Source of the DNA: Ophelia neglecta
Taxonomy: Eukaryota
NCBI GenBank assembly: GCA_965285935.1
Contig: OZ260663.1
Location: 97,960,001-98,024,000 of the forward strand
Reading direction: 5' to 3'
DNA length: 64,000 nt
Shown here piece by piece: positions 24,301-35,575 of this stretch (positions are counted from its first letter, which is position 1; every line of letters starts with the position of its first letter). Both the position numbers and the translations under genes were made by a program. The notes below the pieces were generated by a model. The model was not told the origin of the DNA. It was given only the letters and a program-made list of their open reading frames with translations, and ran no database searches.

Positions 24301-27300
24301 TGGGTATTAATAGCATTCGAGAATTACTGCAGGAATGATATTTCTATTTTATAACAGAACTAATTAAGGCTGCTGGTTTGTTTAACAATGGTGAAGTTTA
24401 TCTATTTCATTAATTTGTTAAAACGAATTCAACGCTTCAGGACCAGTATATATTCGTGTACACTGCCATCTTAGAAGCCGTAACCATTGGTAATACAGCT
24501 ATTTCCAACAAAGTCTTTGATGAACGTCTGGCTAAACTCACCACCAAAGACAAACATGGGTCATATACTCTTAAAGATCAGTTCACGGTAATGCTTGGTT
24601 TCAAATTTCTGCAATATCGATTTCAACTTTACATAACTATATAGCTCTGAACAATGTTGCTGCTCGAAAAAATTTCTAGTTTTATAGATTAAATCAAAAC
24701 CTTGACATGAAGTTAAACAATAACGTGTAGAATTTTTTTTTACATTGATAACTGTGACATCCTAAGAAGTACTTTATTTTCCTATTCGTAATTTAGTGAA
24801 AAACTATTTTTATGCTCTAATATAGATGTTGGAAGGATTGAAAATTACTAAAACAGAAACAAGTAATGAGGGACGAAGTCAAGAAAATGTAGATAAAAAT
24901 AGAACACAGGAAATAGTCCCTGGTAAATGCATTAGTTTTTAAATTTTACTCGTAGACAAGATGCGTTTATACAACATAGTGCTTTAAACGTATTTCATTA
25001 AAACATAATGTGCTGATTTCAATTACCCAAAGTATGCAAGGAGTTGCTTACATATTTTTCAGAAGACAGGATGAGGCCAAAGTTGATTTCTTCGAGGACA
25101 CATACCAACACCTACATCAACGCCGTATTTGTCGACGTAGGAAATCTACTTATAAATAAACCAAATACATATAAATGAGTCATTAAAATATCATAAATAT
25201 CGGTGAAAAAAATATATTGGTAAAATCTAAGATTCACCAGATATGGCCAATAAGCCTTTTTTTCTTGATAGGGCTTCCGAAGTGAACATGAAATGATCGC
25301 TACCCAGATGCCTCTTTCTAACACCGTGGAGGATTTCTGGAGACTGATTTACCAATTCAGACGTACTACTATCGTCATGCTCGATCCCCTGGACAGCAAG
25401 GTCGAGGTAGAGATAACGGTTATATTAAAATTTAAATATATTACCATTTTGCCGCAAAAGATACTAGAAGCATATTTATTTTGATCGTATGCCACACATT
25501 TTCAGAACTGTTTGATCTACTGGCCAGACAAACAGCAACCTATACAAACATATTGAGATATCGAGATAAAGTTCGTATCATCGAATAAACGAGGATGCAT
25601 TCTGACGAGAGATTTCCAGGTTGCAAAACCAAGAATGGTATGAACACCTTAAAGACTGCTACTTGATAAATATATAGCTATATTCATCTTAAAGCTTATT
25701 TTGGCAATGACTCTTTCAATTCGCCCTCCTTCACAGAGACGTGAAGAGCCAATGGCCGTCAAGCAATTCCAGTTGTTGGATTGGCCGACTGGAGATGAAC
25801 TTCCTACGATTGGCTCCCTGCTTGACCTTGTTGTCAAAGTTGCTCAGCACGGTGGTGAGACGGAGAACAGTTCAGTTCTTGTTCATTGCATGTGCGTAAT
25901 AGTCTTTTTTAATTAGTGATATATGATCTGTTAACCAGGCATTCACTCACGTTCCAACATGGCTGATAAAAAATCAAAGGCACAAATTATTGGAATCTTA
26001 ACTCGAACTTTGACATGACACTGTTTCAGGGATGGGGCTTCTCGTTCTGGACTTTTTTGTGCGGCTACTTACATCGTAGAGAAAATGAAGTCAGATAAGG
26101 AGGTAGACATCTTCTTAGCCGTCAGATATGTCTCCAGAGGGCGCCCTCAGTTTATTGGCTCCGTGGTAAGTCAACATAGTTACAACACATAACTAATACT
26201 TTGCATTAATACACTTTGTTTTACAAACATCAGGAAATATACGCAAAAACTTGTAAAAACGCAATTAAACTTTTGACGGTACCGAATGCAATCATACTGT
26301 CTAGTTTCTTCTTCAAACAGAAGCAGTTTTCATTTCTTTACGACTTGGCGAAGGAATACATTAAATCACAGGGTGACTACAATAATATGTGAACCATGAC
26401 CCCGCAAACCACATCACCATTTATTATATCTTAGTATTCGGGTCACTTGTTTTGTTACAATCATTCGTTTTGCGACTTTTGGGGAGTACCAATGGATCAT
26501 TCGGTCACGGATAATAAGCATTAGTAGATTATCAGAGCGGCACAATTCAGAGGGGTTTCGGTTTTGGGCAGGAGTTGCTTATCACTTCACACATTGTTCA
26601 TAGGCAGGATTATATTATTAGCCTTAAGCTGGTCTCCAATCAATTAAGAGTGTTTGATCCGGGATGGTGGAGATAGTGGTGGACATTCGAATGTAGGAAA
26701 AAGAAGAGGAGTTGGTTAAAAGTTGGAGTGGAAGATACTCGACAACATTTATATCCCGTGACCGGGGATATTTTGCCGCTTACTTGCTCTATAATAATGG
26801 GCTAATAGGGCCAGTCGGATATGTTTCATACTGCTGACCAACAACCACTTTTCTTTCCTCCAAAGCTGATTGCAATTAAAAGGCAGTGGTAAGGTGGGAT
26901 AAGTGGGGCTACTTTCAGCTGTTCATATGGGAATTTAACATGGGAATGATGTTTTAAAAGCCCTTACTTAGTGCTTGTTGAAGTGATCAAAACAAAACTT
27001 TCAGGGATGACTAACATTTTAGAGGGCTTTCCATATAGGTAAATTTCACATTTGTGTGATAGCTACAGGTTTCGCAATGAACATGGAACCGCTGCTGATC
27101 TAGCCCCACATTCAAGTGCAGACTATTGGTATGCAGTGCTGTCACCTCCTTGCTCATCCCCGACTGACCCCATTGGCTTACCGTGGAGCATTTTATAGTG
27201 GTTATTTTGCATCATTATTATTCAGTATATAGTGTTTCATGCTTATAATGTTGGGACTATTTGATTCGGCAGACGTGGCTTAAAAAGCCAATTTATTATT

Positions 27301-28029
27301 AGAGTAATAAATCAGAGCTTTATAGAAGTCTGCCACAAAGACGCAGTTTATTATTATTATAGCATAATTCATGCATAACATATGGGGTTTGATGTAACTT
27401 TGGTCATTTAGAAGTTAGTATGAGGCCAATTGCATGTTTGGCTGATTGTGTGGATACATAACCTGGTAGCTTCTTCTGCATGGGAAGAAGAATATAATAT
27501 TTTGTCTTAGATGATTTGCTTGATTAATGAAGAGGGATGAGTTATATAATATATTTTTTAGCTGTATACCTATATTTGTTTGCACTGTTGCACTGTTGTA
27601 CTGTTTCTATGTGAGCTATCAAAATTAAAGGAATAAGTTATGAAGGGAAAATACAATTATCCCGTAATTCATTTCAAATTACATTATATAATTTTATACC
27701 TGATTTGCAATTTCAAATAATATTACAAATATGTGTTAAAGCAACCTGTATGAATTAGCATGTTCAGGTTTGATATGAATGAATAAATCAATTTCTCTTC
27801 TATTCAATGTCTTATCGATTTATTACAACATTGCTGTTACCATTTCTGTTGTTACTATTTCTGCCTCTAGAATGTCCGTTGTAATTGTTAAATTGAATAT
27901 ATCATTAGATCGGTAAATGGAATCAATGATGACGGCAAACTATTTCATTAATTAATATCATTAACAAGCCTTAAACTCTTACATAAATACAGAGTGCAAT
28001 GATTAAATGTATTTAGCCTCAATTAACAC

Positions 28030-30545
28030 GTAAATCAAAAGCAGAGATGGGATCATAACCTAAGGGAAGAGTTTGTAGCCCATATTTCTAGTGAAAAATT
28101 TTTAAACTTGTGCAGAAAGGTCTCAAACCTAGAAATTAGTGTGGATGTCATAGCACAGGATCTATCTGACTTGTATATTGATAGTGCTAAGCATGTTTTT
28201 CCTGTTAAAAACAAAGCCACCTTGGTACACAAACCAAGAAATTTTGCTATTAATTTTAATAATGATCCAACCTATAGTAGAGCAAAAAGGGAGTATAATA
28301 GAGCTAAGAACAGTTATAAGAAACATAAATCGGCTTGTCTAGACACAGAGGTTAGAAGGACGAGTAGAACTCTTAAGAAGGCTAGGGTCAAACACCAGCG
28401 GGAATTGCACTCTAAATGGAAGAAACTCAGGAGTAGTAACTGTAAACTTTATTGGAATTTGATCAATAACAGAAAGAATAACAATGTCCAGTCGAGCCTG
28501 GGTGATTTACTTACACATTTTAGAGAATTAAATACCCAGCCAAATATTAGCAGTGACAACCCCGATATTGACCAAACACACTCCCACCCCAGTTATAACT
28601 TTGACATATTGAATCTGTCAATCTCAAAAGACGAGATCAGGAAATGTATCAAGAAATTGAAAAATGGTAAGGCATGTGGCCCCGATTTAATTATTAATGA
28701 TTTTATTAAAACAGCAGACCTGCCAATGCTAGATCTATACGAAACATTGTTTAACAGGATACTTAACACAGGTGTAATCCCAAGTATCTGGTCAGAGGGC
28801 CTTATTGTTCCTATTTTTTTTAAAAGAAGGGTAGTAGCAAAGATGCTAACAACTATAGAGGTATAACACTACTGTCTTGTGTTGTCAAGCTTTTCACAAC
28901 CATTCTTAATGAAAGACTATATAAATTTTTAGAGGATAAAAAGTTATTAAATGAGAACCAGACCGGGTTTAGAAAAGGTTATAGCACTAATGATCATGTC
29001 TTTGTTCTAAACTGTGTCCTTGAAAAATTTCTTTCACAAGGAAAAAGAAGGTATTGCGCATTTATAGATTATCAGAAAGCTTTCGACACTGTGTGGAGAG
29101 AAGGCTTATGGTTTAAATCGGACTTCCAGGGTATTTGTACTGACACCAAAATCATTAAAGTTATCAGAAGTCTGTATAACAATGTCAAATCATGTGTATT
29201 AGTTAATTTGTCCCCACTGCTCTTTTCTATTTATCTTAATGACCTAGAGCAATACTTGATTAACTCTGGTAACACTGGTGTAAACTTCGACCCTCAAGGT
29301 TTAATTAGGTTGCTTGTATTGATGCATTCTGACGACACAGCTGTTCTGGCTGATACACCGGGCAGGCTTCAGAAAGGTTTAAATGTCTTAGACAATTATT
29401 GTAGAAAGTGGAATTTGACTGTAAATATATAAAAAACCAAAGTGGTCGTATTCAGCAAATCAAAAATTAAAAATTTACACTTCTATTATCAAAAAGAAGA
29501 ACTAGAAATTGTATACGAATTTAAATATTTAGGCATTATTTTTAAATTTAACGGAAGGTTTGATGCTTGCAAGAAACATTTAGTGGAACAAGCCTGTAAA
29601 GCCACAATGCAATTGTTAAATAGAGCCAATGCCCTGTCTATAGCAATAGATATGTTATGTGATCTATATGATAAAATTATACTGCCAATATTAACATACA
29701 GTTGTGAAGTATGGGGTTATGATAACAATGATATTATTGAGGCTGAACACCTACGATTTTGTAAAAACATATTGAAGGTCAGGCGCTCTACCTGTAATAG
29801 CATGGTATATGGGGAACTAGGAAGGTATCCCTTGGATATTGTAATTAAATCCAGAATTGTGGGTTTCTGGGGTCGTATTGTACAAGGTATAGAGAGCAAA
29901 TTGAGCCATCAGACGTGTCACTATTTATATAATAAGTTCATTGAAGGTACTCGGCCAAGTCCTTGGCTACAGTGCTTAAAGAAAATACTTGATGACACTG
30001 GTAATAGTATGTTTTTTAACTTTAATATGGTTTTTAACCCTGTTTGGTTGAAGTTAAAGGTAGGGAGATCCCTGTCGCAGCAGTTTGAGCTAAAGTGGCA
30101 TGCAGATGTCCACTCACTACCTGTCTGTAATACATATAGAGTCTTTAAAACACAATTTAAGATGTCAGAATATTTATGTAGAACCTCTGCAGATTTGGCA
30201 ACTCATCTATGTAAATTTCGAGTCAGTAACTATACTTTGCCTATTGAAACTGAGAGACATAAAGCATTTGTTGTTCCAAGAAATGAAAGACTATGCACAT
30301 TCTGCAACTGTGTGAAAATGGGTGATGAATTCCATGTATTACTGGAGTGTGAGAATGCTAAAGTCAAGACACTTAGAGAAAGGTACCTCCCTAAATATTA
30401 TTATGAAAGACCAAATATGTTCAAACTTGGTTTATTATTACAAAAGGGAGATCCACAAATAAGGCTTGCAATATTTATTCAAAAAGCTGGTAGACGATGT
30501 GTATGATGTATCAGTCCCTATGCCCGGATGGCCTGTGTCTGAGGG
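28030..30545 (+). mobile_element. Decayed RTE-X-like LINE (5'-truncated, frameshifted, internal RT deletion)
   Basis: ORF pieces 28108-28866 (KACGPD), 29091-29432 (HSDD instead of YADD; GVRQGE segment missing) and 29442-30506 (YGELGRYP, RLCTFC...GDEFHVLLEC). The 3' UTR is cut before the tail. Confidence 0.88.
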
Positions 30546-33500
30546 AAGGTCCACCCCCAGATACAACTGTGCATCGTTGTTGTCCATAGCTTGGCTTGAT
30601 ACCATGGCACCATTTGAAGTTTCGGTGCTGCTTCCAAAACGTTTACTTAAGAAAGAAAAACAATACATTACATTTCGAATCCTCGTCAAAACAAAATTCT
30701 GTGCTAGGAAAGAAAAGAAGTAAATACAGTATGTGTGCAGAATATTATAATCATACATTTTTATTTTACAAGAGTATATACCCAATACAGAAGAAAATAA
30801 TCCCAACAACAAAAACTGTAGCAGTCAACCCGACAGTAGCTGCTGCTATCAATCCGATGTTACTTCCTTCGGCATCTGCACCTTCCTGGAGGCTCGTGAG
30901 TGCCGAGGTCAGTATAGGAGTAGTGGCCACAGGCAGCGACCCTGAAATGTTTAGTTATTATTTATGCGTAAATCGCATTTTATTTAAGGTTTGAATTTTC
31001 TTATCAATGACACCTCTTGAGTGTCCCTTTATGCGCTTTTGTATTTCTGTATTCTGTAGAATAGAAATATTCTAAATTTGACATCCAGATTAAAGGGCTT
31101 CTGCTATGTGTTGTGATACGGCCATATGTTTGCATTCTGCCCACAGTATGTATTGTTTGTGAAATTTTACACGATATTTAATGAGCGTGTTGCTTGCGCG
31201 ATGTATCGTTTGTTGGTCTTTGAGCCGACATGAGCCCTCAATGCTACATATCTTCCAATTATGTTGTTTTCACAAATCGCCTCAGTATATTGAGGGTTAG
31301 CGTCGTTAACATTTGCAACAGACTGGCAGTATTCATAATCTATCGGCTGACTTGAGTTTCCTACCAGGATGGTATATCTAGTTTGTCCACGAACTATATA
31401 AGAATAGGAAATGTGTGGCAAATTAGGTAATTTTAAATTCCTAATAACTCACTTGTTCATACCAATAAATAGTTTATTGCGTTATTTGACCTTCTTTTTA
31501 CATGTTTAACTCCAAGCCGATGAAAACGTACTAAAACCTCCGATCAACAATACTTTATCAATGAGATACAGATGCCCAAGATCCACCATCCTCCAGGCTG
31601 TATTGTCTGAAGGTTGTGATACATAACACATTGTGTCCGATGAGACGCCATCGATTGTCTGCTCCGTCGCATCGCGATCTGCAGCACTCTGTGTCGACCA
31701 GCTGCCCAACGCTACATTGTCTGAATCAGATATTATACAGCCATACTGTGGTTTTTGGGCGATACAGTAAATTTTCTAACAGATAAACAATTAGTTGTTA
31801 ACTGCAAGCTTTAAAGATAACCGAATAAGTTTATGCGGTGATGCTTTTAAATTCAGCTATCATCCACCTTTTCTTCTCTTTATGATAACTGACTTTCCCA
31901 AATATGTTTTCTGATATTTGTGAGTTGCCCCAAATACGATTTCATTCTTAAGACACTGCTACAACCTTTCTATCTCCTGTTAGGATGTTCTGTGTACGTT
32001 TTACTTTCTTAAATCGTCCATTTATGTGCCCGAAATCATCATGAACCAATACCCACATGCCTACACACACGTCAATATATCAATCTCCCAAACAATAAAT
32101 CAACTAGTAAACGTATGTATATATATATGTTAGGTGATAATGATATATTCTTGAAGTGTATATCTTACTAATTCCGCATTCCTGCTCATTCCATGGTTCA
32201 GAACCAGGACTCCAGTTCTCACAGTCTACCCCAGGTAGACAATCCCGATTGTTTGCTTCGCAGCTACATTTGAATGCATACAGCATACGGTCATCCCCAT
32301 AGTGACAAGAACCTCCAGGAAATATAAAAAAAATATGTGTGCTAAACCACTAGCTGAAATCATCCCAATGTAACATTTGCACTGATCGGAAACTATATCA
32401 CCTGGTCTTTTCTAACAATAAATTTCAGTATTTTACAGTAGGGCGATTCGGAGATGCTCATTGAAGTTCATCTATTCACTATGACTTAAATTAAAATCAT
32501 TTATTGGGAAATCTCTTTTATACATCAATCCTGATGGAATTTGTTGTTTCTTTAGAGGGTTAGACTGGAAATTCATTTTGTATTTCATTAAGGGTACTAC
32601 TCACAGACGATAAAGTATGAAGTGTGTATATGAGAGCAGTATCACTGAACAGAACGAAAAGGGGCCTCAGAAGGCAATTGTGGCCCCAAAGTATGGTCCC
32701 GGTTGCCGAAAAAATGTATTTGTTTGTTCCGTGATAAAAGCATTAGGAACAGTGTTTATTATAACCAAATAAATCAGTAGTATCCCAAATTTGCGAAAAC
32801 CCATACATTGCTCTTGCCGTATGATGACTGAGTTCAGCGAGGGCGTGTTATGGGACAGTGTGGCACACCACTGCCCGGGGATGCATCGTACATCAAGCCG
32901 GCTAAACTGGTAAAAATACCCTTCTCTAACTGATACTCTAACCCCCGAAACAAACCCTAGCTGAAACCAAGCACATATCTAAATCGTTAAGCACAGACCT
33001 GAACACGAATACTAAAAAGTTCGTTCCAAATTTTCTAAGCTCTATAATCATAACCGACTCTAACACTGAACAGGCCCACCCTTAACCCTTAACCCAAACC
33101 CCTACAACAACAACAGCCCAACTACCAATTACGCGAATTGGAACGAGTGAACTCTCTCGCAGGTGCATATGAAGTGATGACGACGCCGATATCATGATAT
33201 AACTTCTCTATTGCTGAATTGAGCACATGTGCAGAATTAGGTATTATACGTGTTTCAAAATTTATGGGGCAAAATTTCCTTTGCTCGGTGTACTTTTCAG
33301 AGAGACAGAGAGACAGAGAGAGACAACAAAACCTCCGAATTACGTCTAAAACCGACAAGGTACATAACGGGTGCACATGTTGCGCCGCGGTTCATGTCAT
33401 TATCTCATATCAGGGAAGTACACCCAGACAAATGCATTTCCTTGTTCACGTAATCATATAATATCGCTCGTTCAATGAAGCCTATCATATGAAATTAATG

Positions 33501-33640
33501 CGCGATAATCCTAGTTCTTTTGGTAGCTTTACCCTTCAATAATGAAGTATGAACGAGAAATATACTGTACCTAGAACGGCGTCAGATGTCAAATACAGGC
33601 CAACAAGAGCGAGCAGAGAAGTGTGTATACCTTGAGCCAT
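30545..33640 (-). pseudogene. Copy C: truncated F-type lectin receptor (signal peptide, Cys-rich exon, FTLD, TM, partial cytoplasmic exon)
   Basis: Exons: 33571-33640 (MAQGIHTSLLALVGLYLTSDAVL); 32169-32312 (Cys-rich); 31538-31720 (FTLD part 1); ~31210-31394 (FTLD part 2, broken off before the last beta strand); 30782-30941 (stalk plus TM); ~30545-30645 (juxtamembrane, abutting the LINE). No PTP exons remain. Confidence 0.8.
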
Positions 33641-33653
33641 GTTCCCCTGGTTA

Positions 33654-33660
33654 TGACTCA
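33654..33660 (-). promoter_or_regulatory. AP-1 consensus (TGAGTCA) 13 nt upstream of the copy C ATG
   Basis: Exact consensus, conserved at the same position in copy E. Confidence 0.3.
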
Positions 33661-34997
33661 ACTCCAGGCGGTGACTGCCTTCTACCGAGGGTTAATTGAC
33701 GTATCCTGTATGCATACATATCAAAGTCAAATAGGTTATGTTAACGATAGAAACCACACAAACGTGATAGTGTTTGTCCTCCATTTACTCTATATACTGT
33801 AGCCTTATCGTGGTAATTGGGAATTACATAGTATAATAATACCTTCTATAATACAAAATGGCTGCCACTGTATGTTTAACAATAAGAACTTTTTACCGCC
33901 ACTTTATAACTAAAGAAGGGGATGTTTTGTGGTAAACTGGTGGAATAATGTCTGACACTCGATTGCGCATGAAAATCCAAGTTGTCATAACATTCTTAGC
34001 CAGACCTGGCAGAAATCTTGTATTCATGACGCCCACTATCCATCCTTGAATAAAAGGCATAGTTTGACGCCCTGATATCTAACAGAACTCTCAACAATAC
34101 CCAATCCAACTATATATTTATAAATCCAAGGATGCACTTTCGGTCAAGTAGGAAAAGTAGCTGTTGCTAAAAATATGCACGTGGTATGGACCATCACACA
34201 ATTGACGATAAAATGTGCATTTAACTTATCGGTAAGATAGCTGTCAATTATGTAAGAAGTAAGGCTGCTTTCTTGTATATTGTAAATGATAGCCTGTGCA
34301 AAATGAATTCGTTAATGTCCCAATAAATTAAATTAATAACGTATTTATTACTTATGGTTCAAACACTTTACATTCGTTTAAATGCCTCAGCTTGCATTAC
34401 CTTGATTTGAGGGGGTACAATTATTGATATCATATTTTATGGCGTATCTCAATCCATGTTAAAACAGGAAGAGTGTATTTTGCATTTTATTTAATCTATT
34501 TCGCTTTATTTTGTGTATTGCCCGCAGATATTCCATAATGGGCAGAGCTATAATACAACCACAATGATAATAACCGTAAAGAAAAAACAAAACAAAATAA
34601 GCGTTAGGCATTTATTAAGAACATACAAGTGTGTAAGAAAAATGCAAGTTGAATACATAGTTTGTGCAAATGTTTGGCACAATAGCTCAAGCACACGTGC
34701 CGAGAGCCACTAATAAAAAAACATTGCTATATAAAGATACTAAGTTTACAATAACTAGTTTGGTATCTCATTGTATAAGCCAAAATCCATGTACCATTTT
34801 GAGGAAGACAAAAACATGTTTGAACCATGTTTATAAATGTAATAATACGATAATGATGTTGAAAAGGACCATAAGTGTAAGCGCCATTATCTTACAATCT
34901 TATGTTTTAACATTCAACAACTGTACTTTTACAAAGAACTGCGCACTTGAAAAAAATAGTAATTTCGAGAAACCTCGAGTAAACTAAAAAGCATTCG

Positions 34998-35160
34998 CTA
35001 TCGCAAATTCCATGGTGTAGTATACTTGTAGACACACATCATAAGCCCCCTGAATAAACATGTTTTAAGCGACCGCTTAATTATAAAAGATTCCTGATTT
35101 AGGTCATATGGTAGGCTGTTCCACAAACAAGGAGCTGAAGCACGCGAACCCCTGTTCACA
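34998..35160 (-). mobile_element. L2-like LINE C-terminal remnant
   Basis: RASAPCLWNSLP...KRSLKTCLF. Confidence 0.55.
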
Positions 35161-35575
35161 AATATACAGTGGGAACTGATTAATACACACGACAAAATTA
35201 GTCATTGAAGCTAGATGAGTTTATTGGTCAAATTACTACTTACTCTTTTCACTGCGGTTTATTTGTTCCGCGTACTCTTATCTATAGATAATATTTTCAA
35301 ATGAGCCAACTTAATGGTAACAAAAACACATTTCTTTTACTCATATTGTTTAATCTTACTGTTGCAATGCATGGCTATATTGTTATATAGAATAAAAATA
35401 ATACAATTTGTACAAGTTTGGAATCATGCATCTCCTTAACTTGTAGCCGGTTCCCTTAACCTACTTGTCTTCATCTGTCTCGATCTCCAACTTTAGTTGA
35501 TGATTATGTAGTTCAGTGTTTTCTTGTCGTGATAACGCCTTAACCGAGTTATACCGCTGAAGATCAATGCCCATT

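Larger units (their letters stand above)
16359..26392 (+). pseudogene. Copy B: receptor-type protein tyrosine phosphatase-like gene (EGF-FTLD-EGF-EGF-FN3-S/T stalk-TM-PTP D1-PTP D2); D1 catalytically defective and TGA in D2; signal-peptide exon not found
   Basis: Exons: 16359-16511 (EGF-like); 16763-16972 and 17320-17544 (FTLD); 17625-17713 and 17881-18030 (EGF-like); 18115-18477 (FN3-like); 18599-18881 (stalk plus TM); 18991-19073; 22373-22569; 22672-22759 (RNRFKNIKA); 22934-23010 (DYINANY); 23122-23161; 23306-23403 (DFWRMIWQ); 23515-23643; 23905-24050 (WLD...VHC); 24130-24264 (SAGIGCTG); 24441-24587; 24826-24922; 25063-25136; 25272-25407; 25506-25637 (TGA at 25554-25556); ~25736-25891; 26030-26165; 26321-26392. 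Confidence 0.85.

Noticed and set aside
28108-30506. Domesticated RT or a prokaryotic RT system (retron/DGR)
   Set aside because: The motifs are non-LTR retrotransposon type, with frameshifts, a deletion and YADD changed to HSDD, which is ordinary decay.
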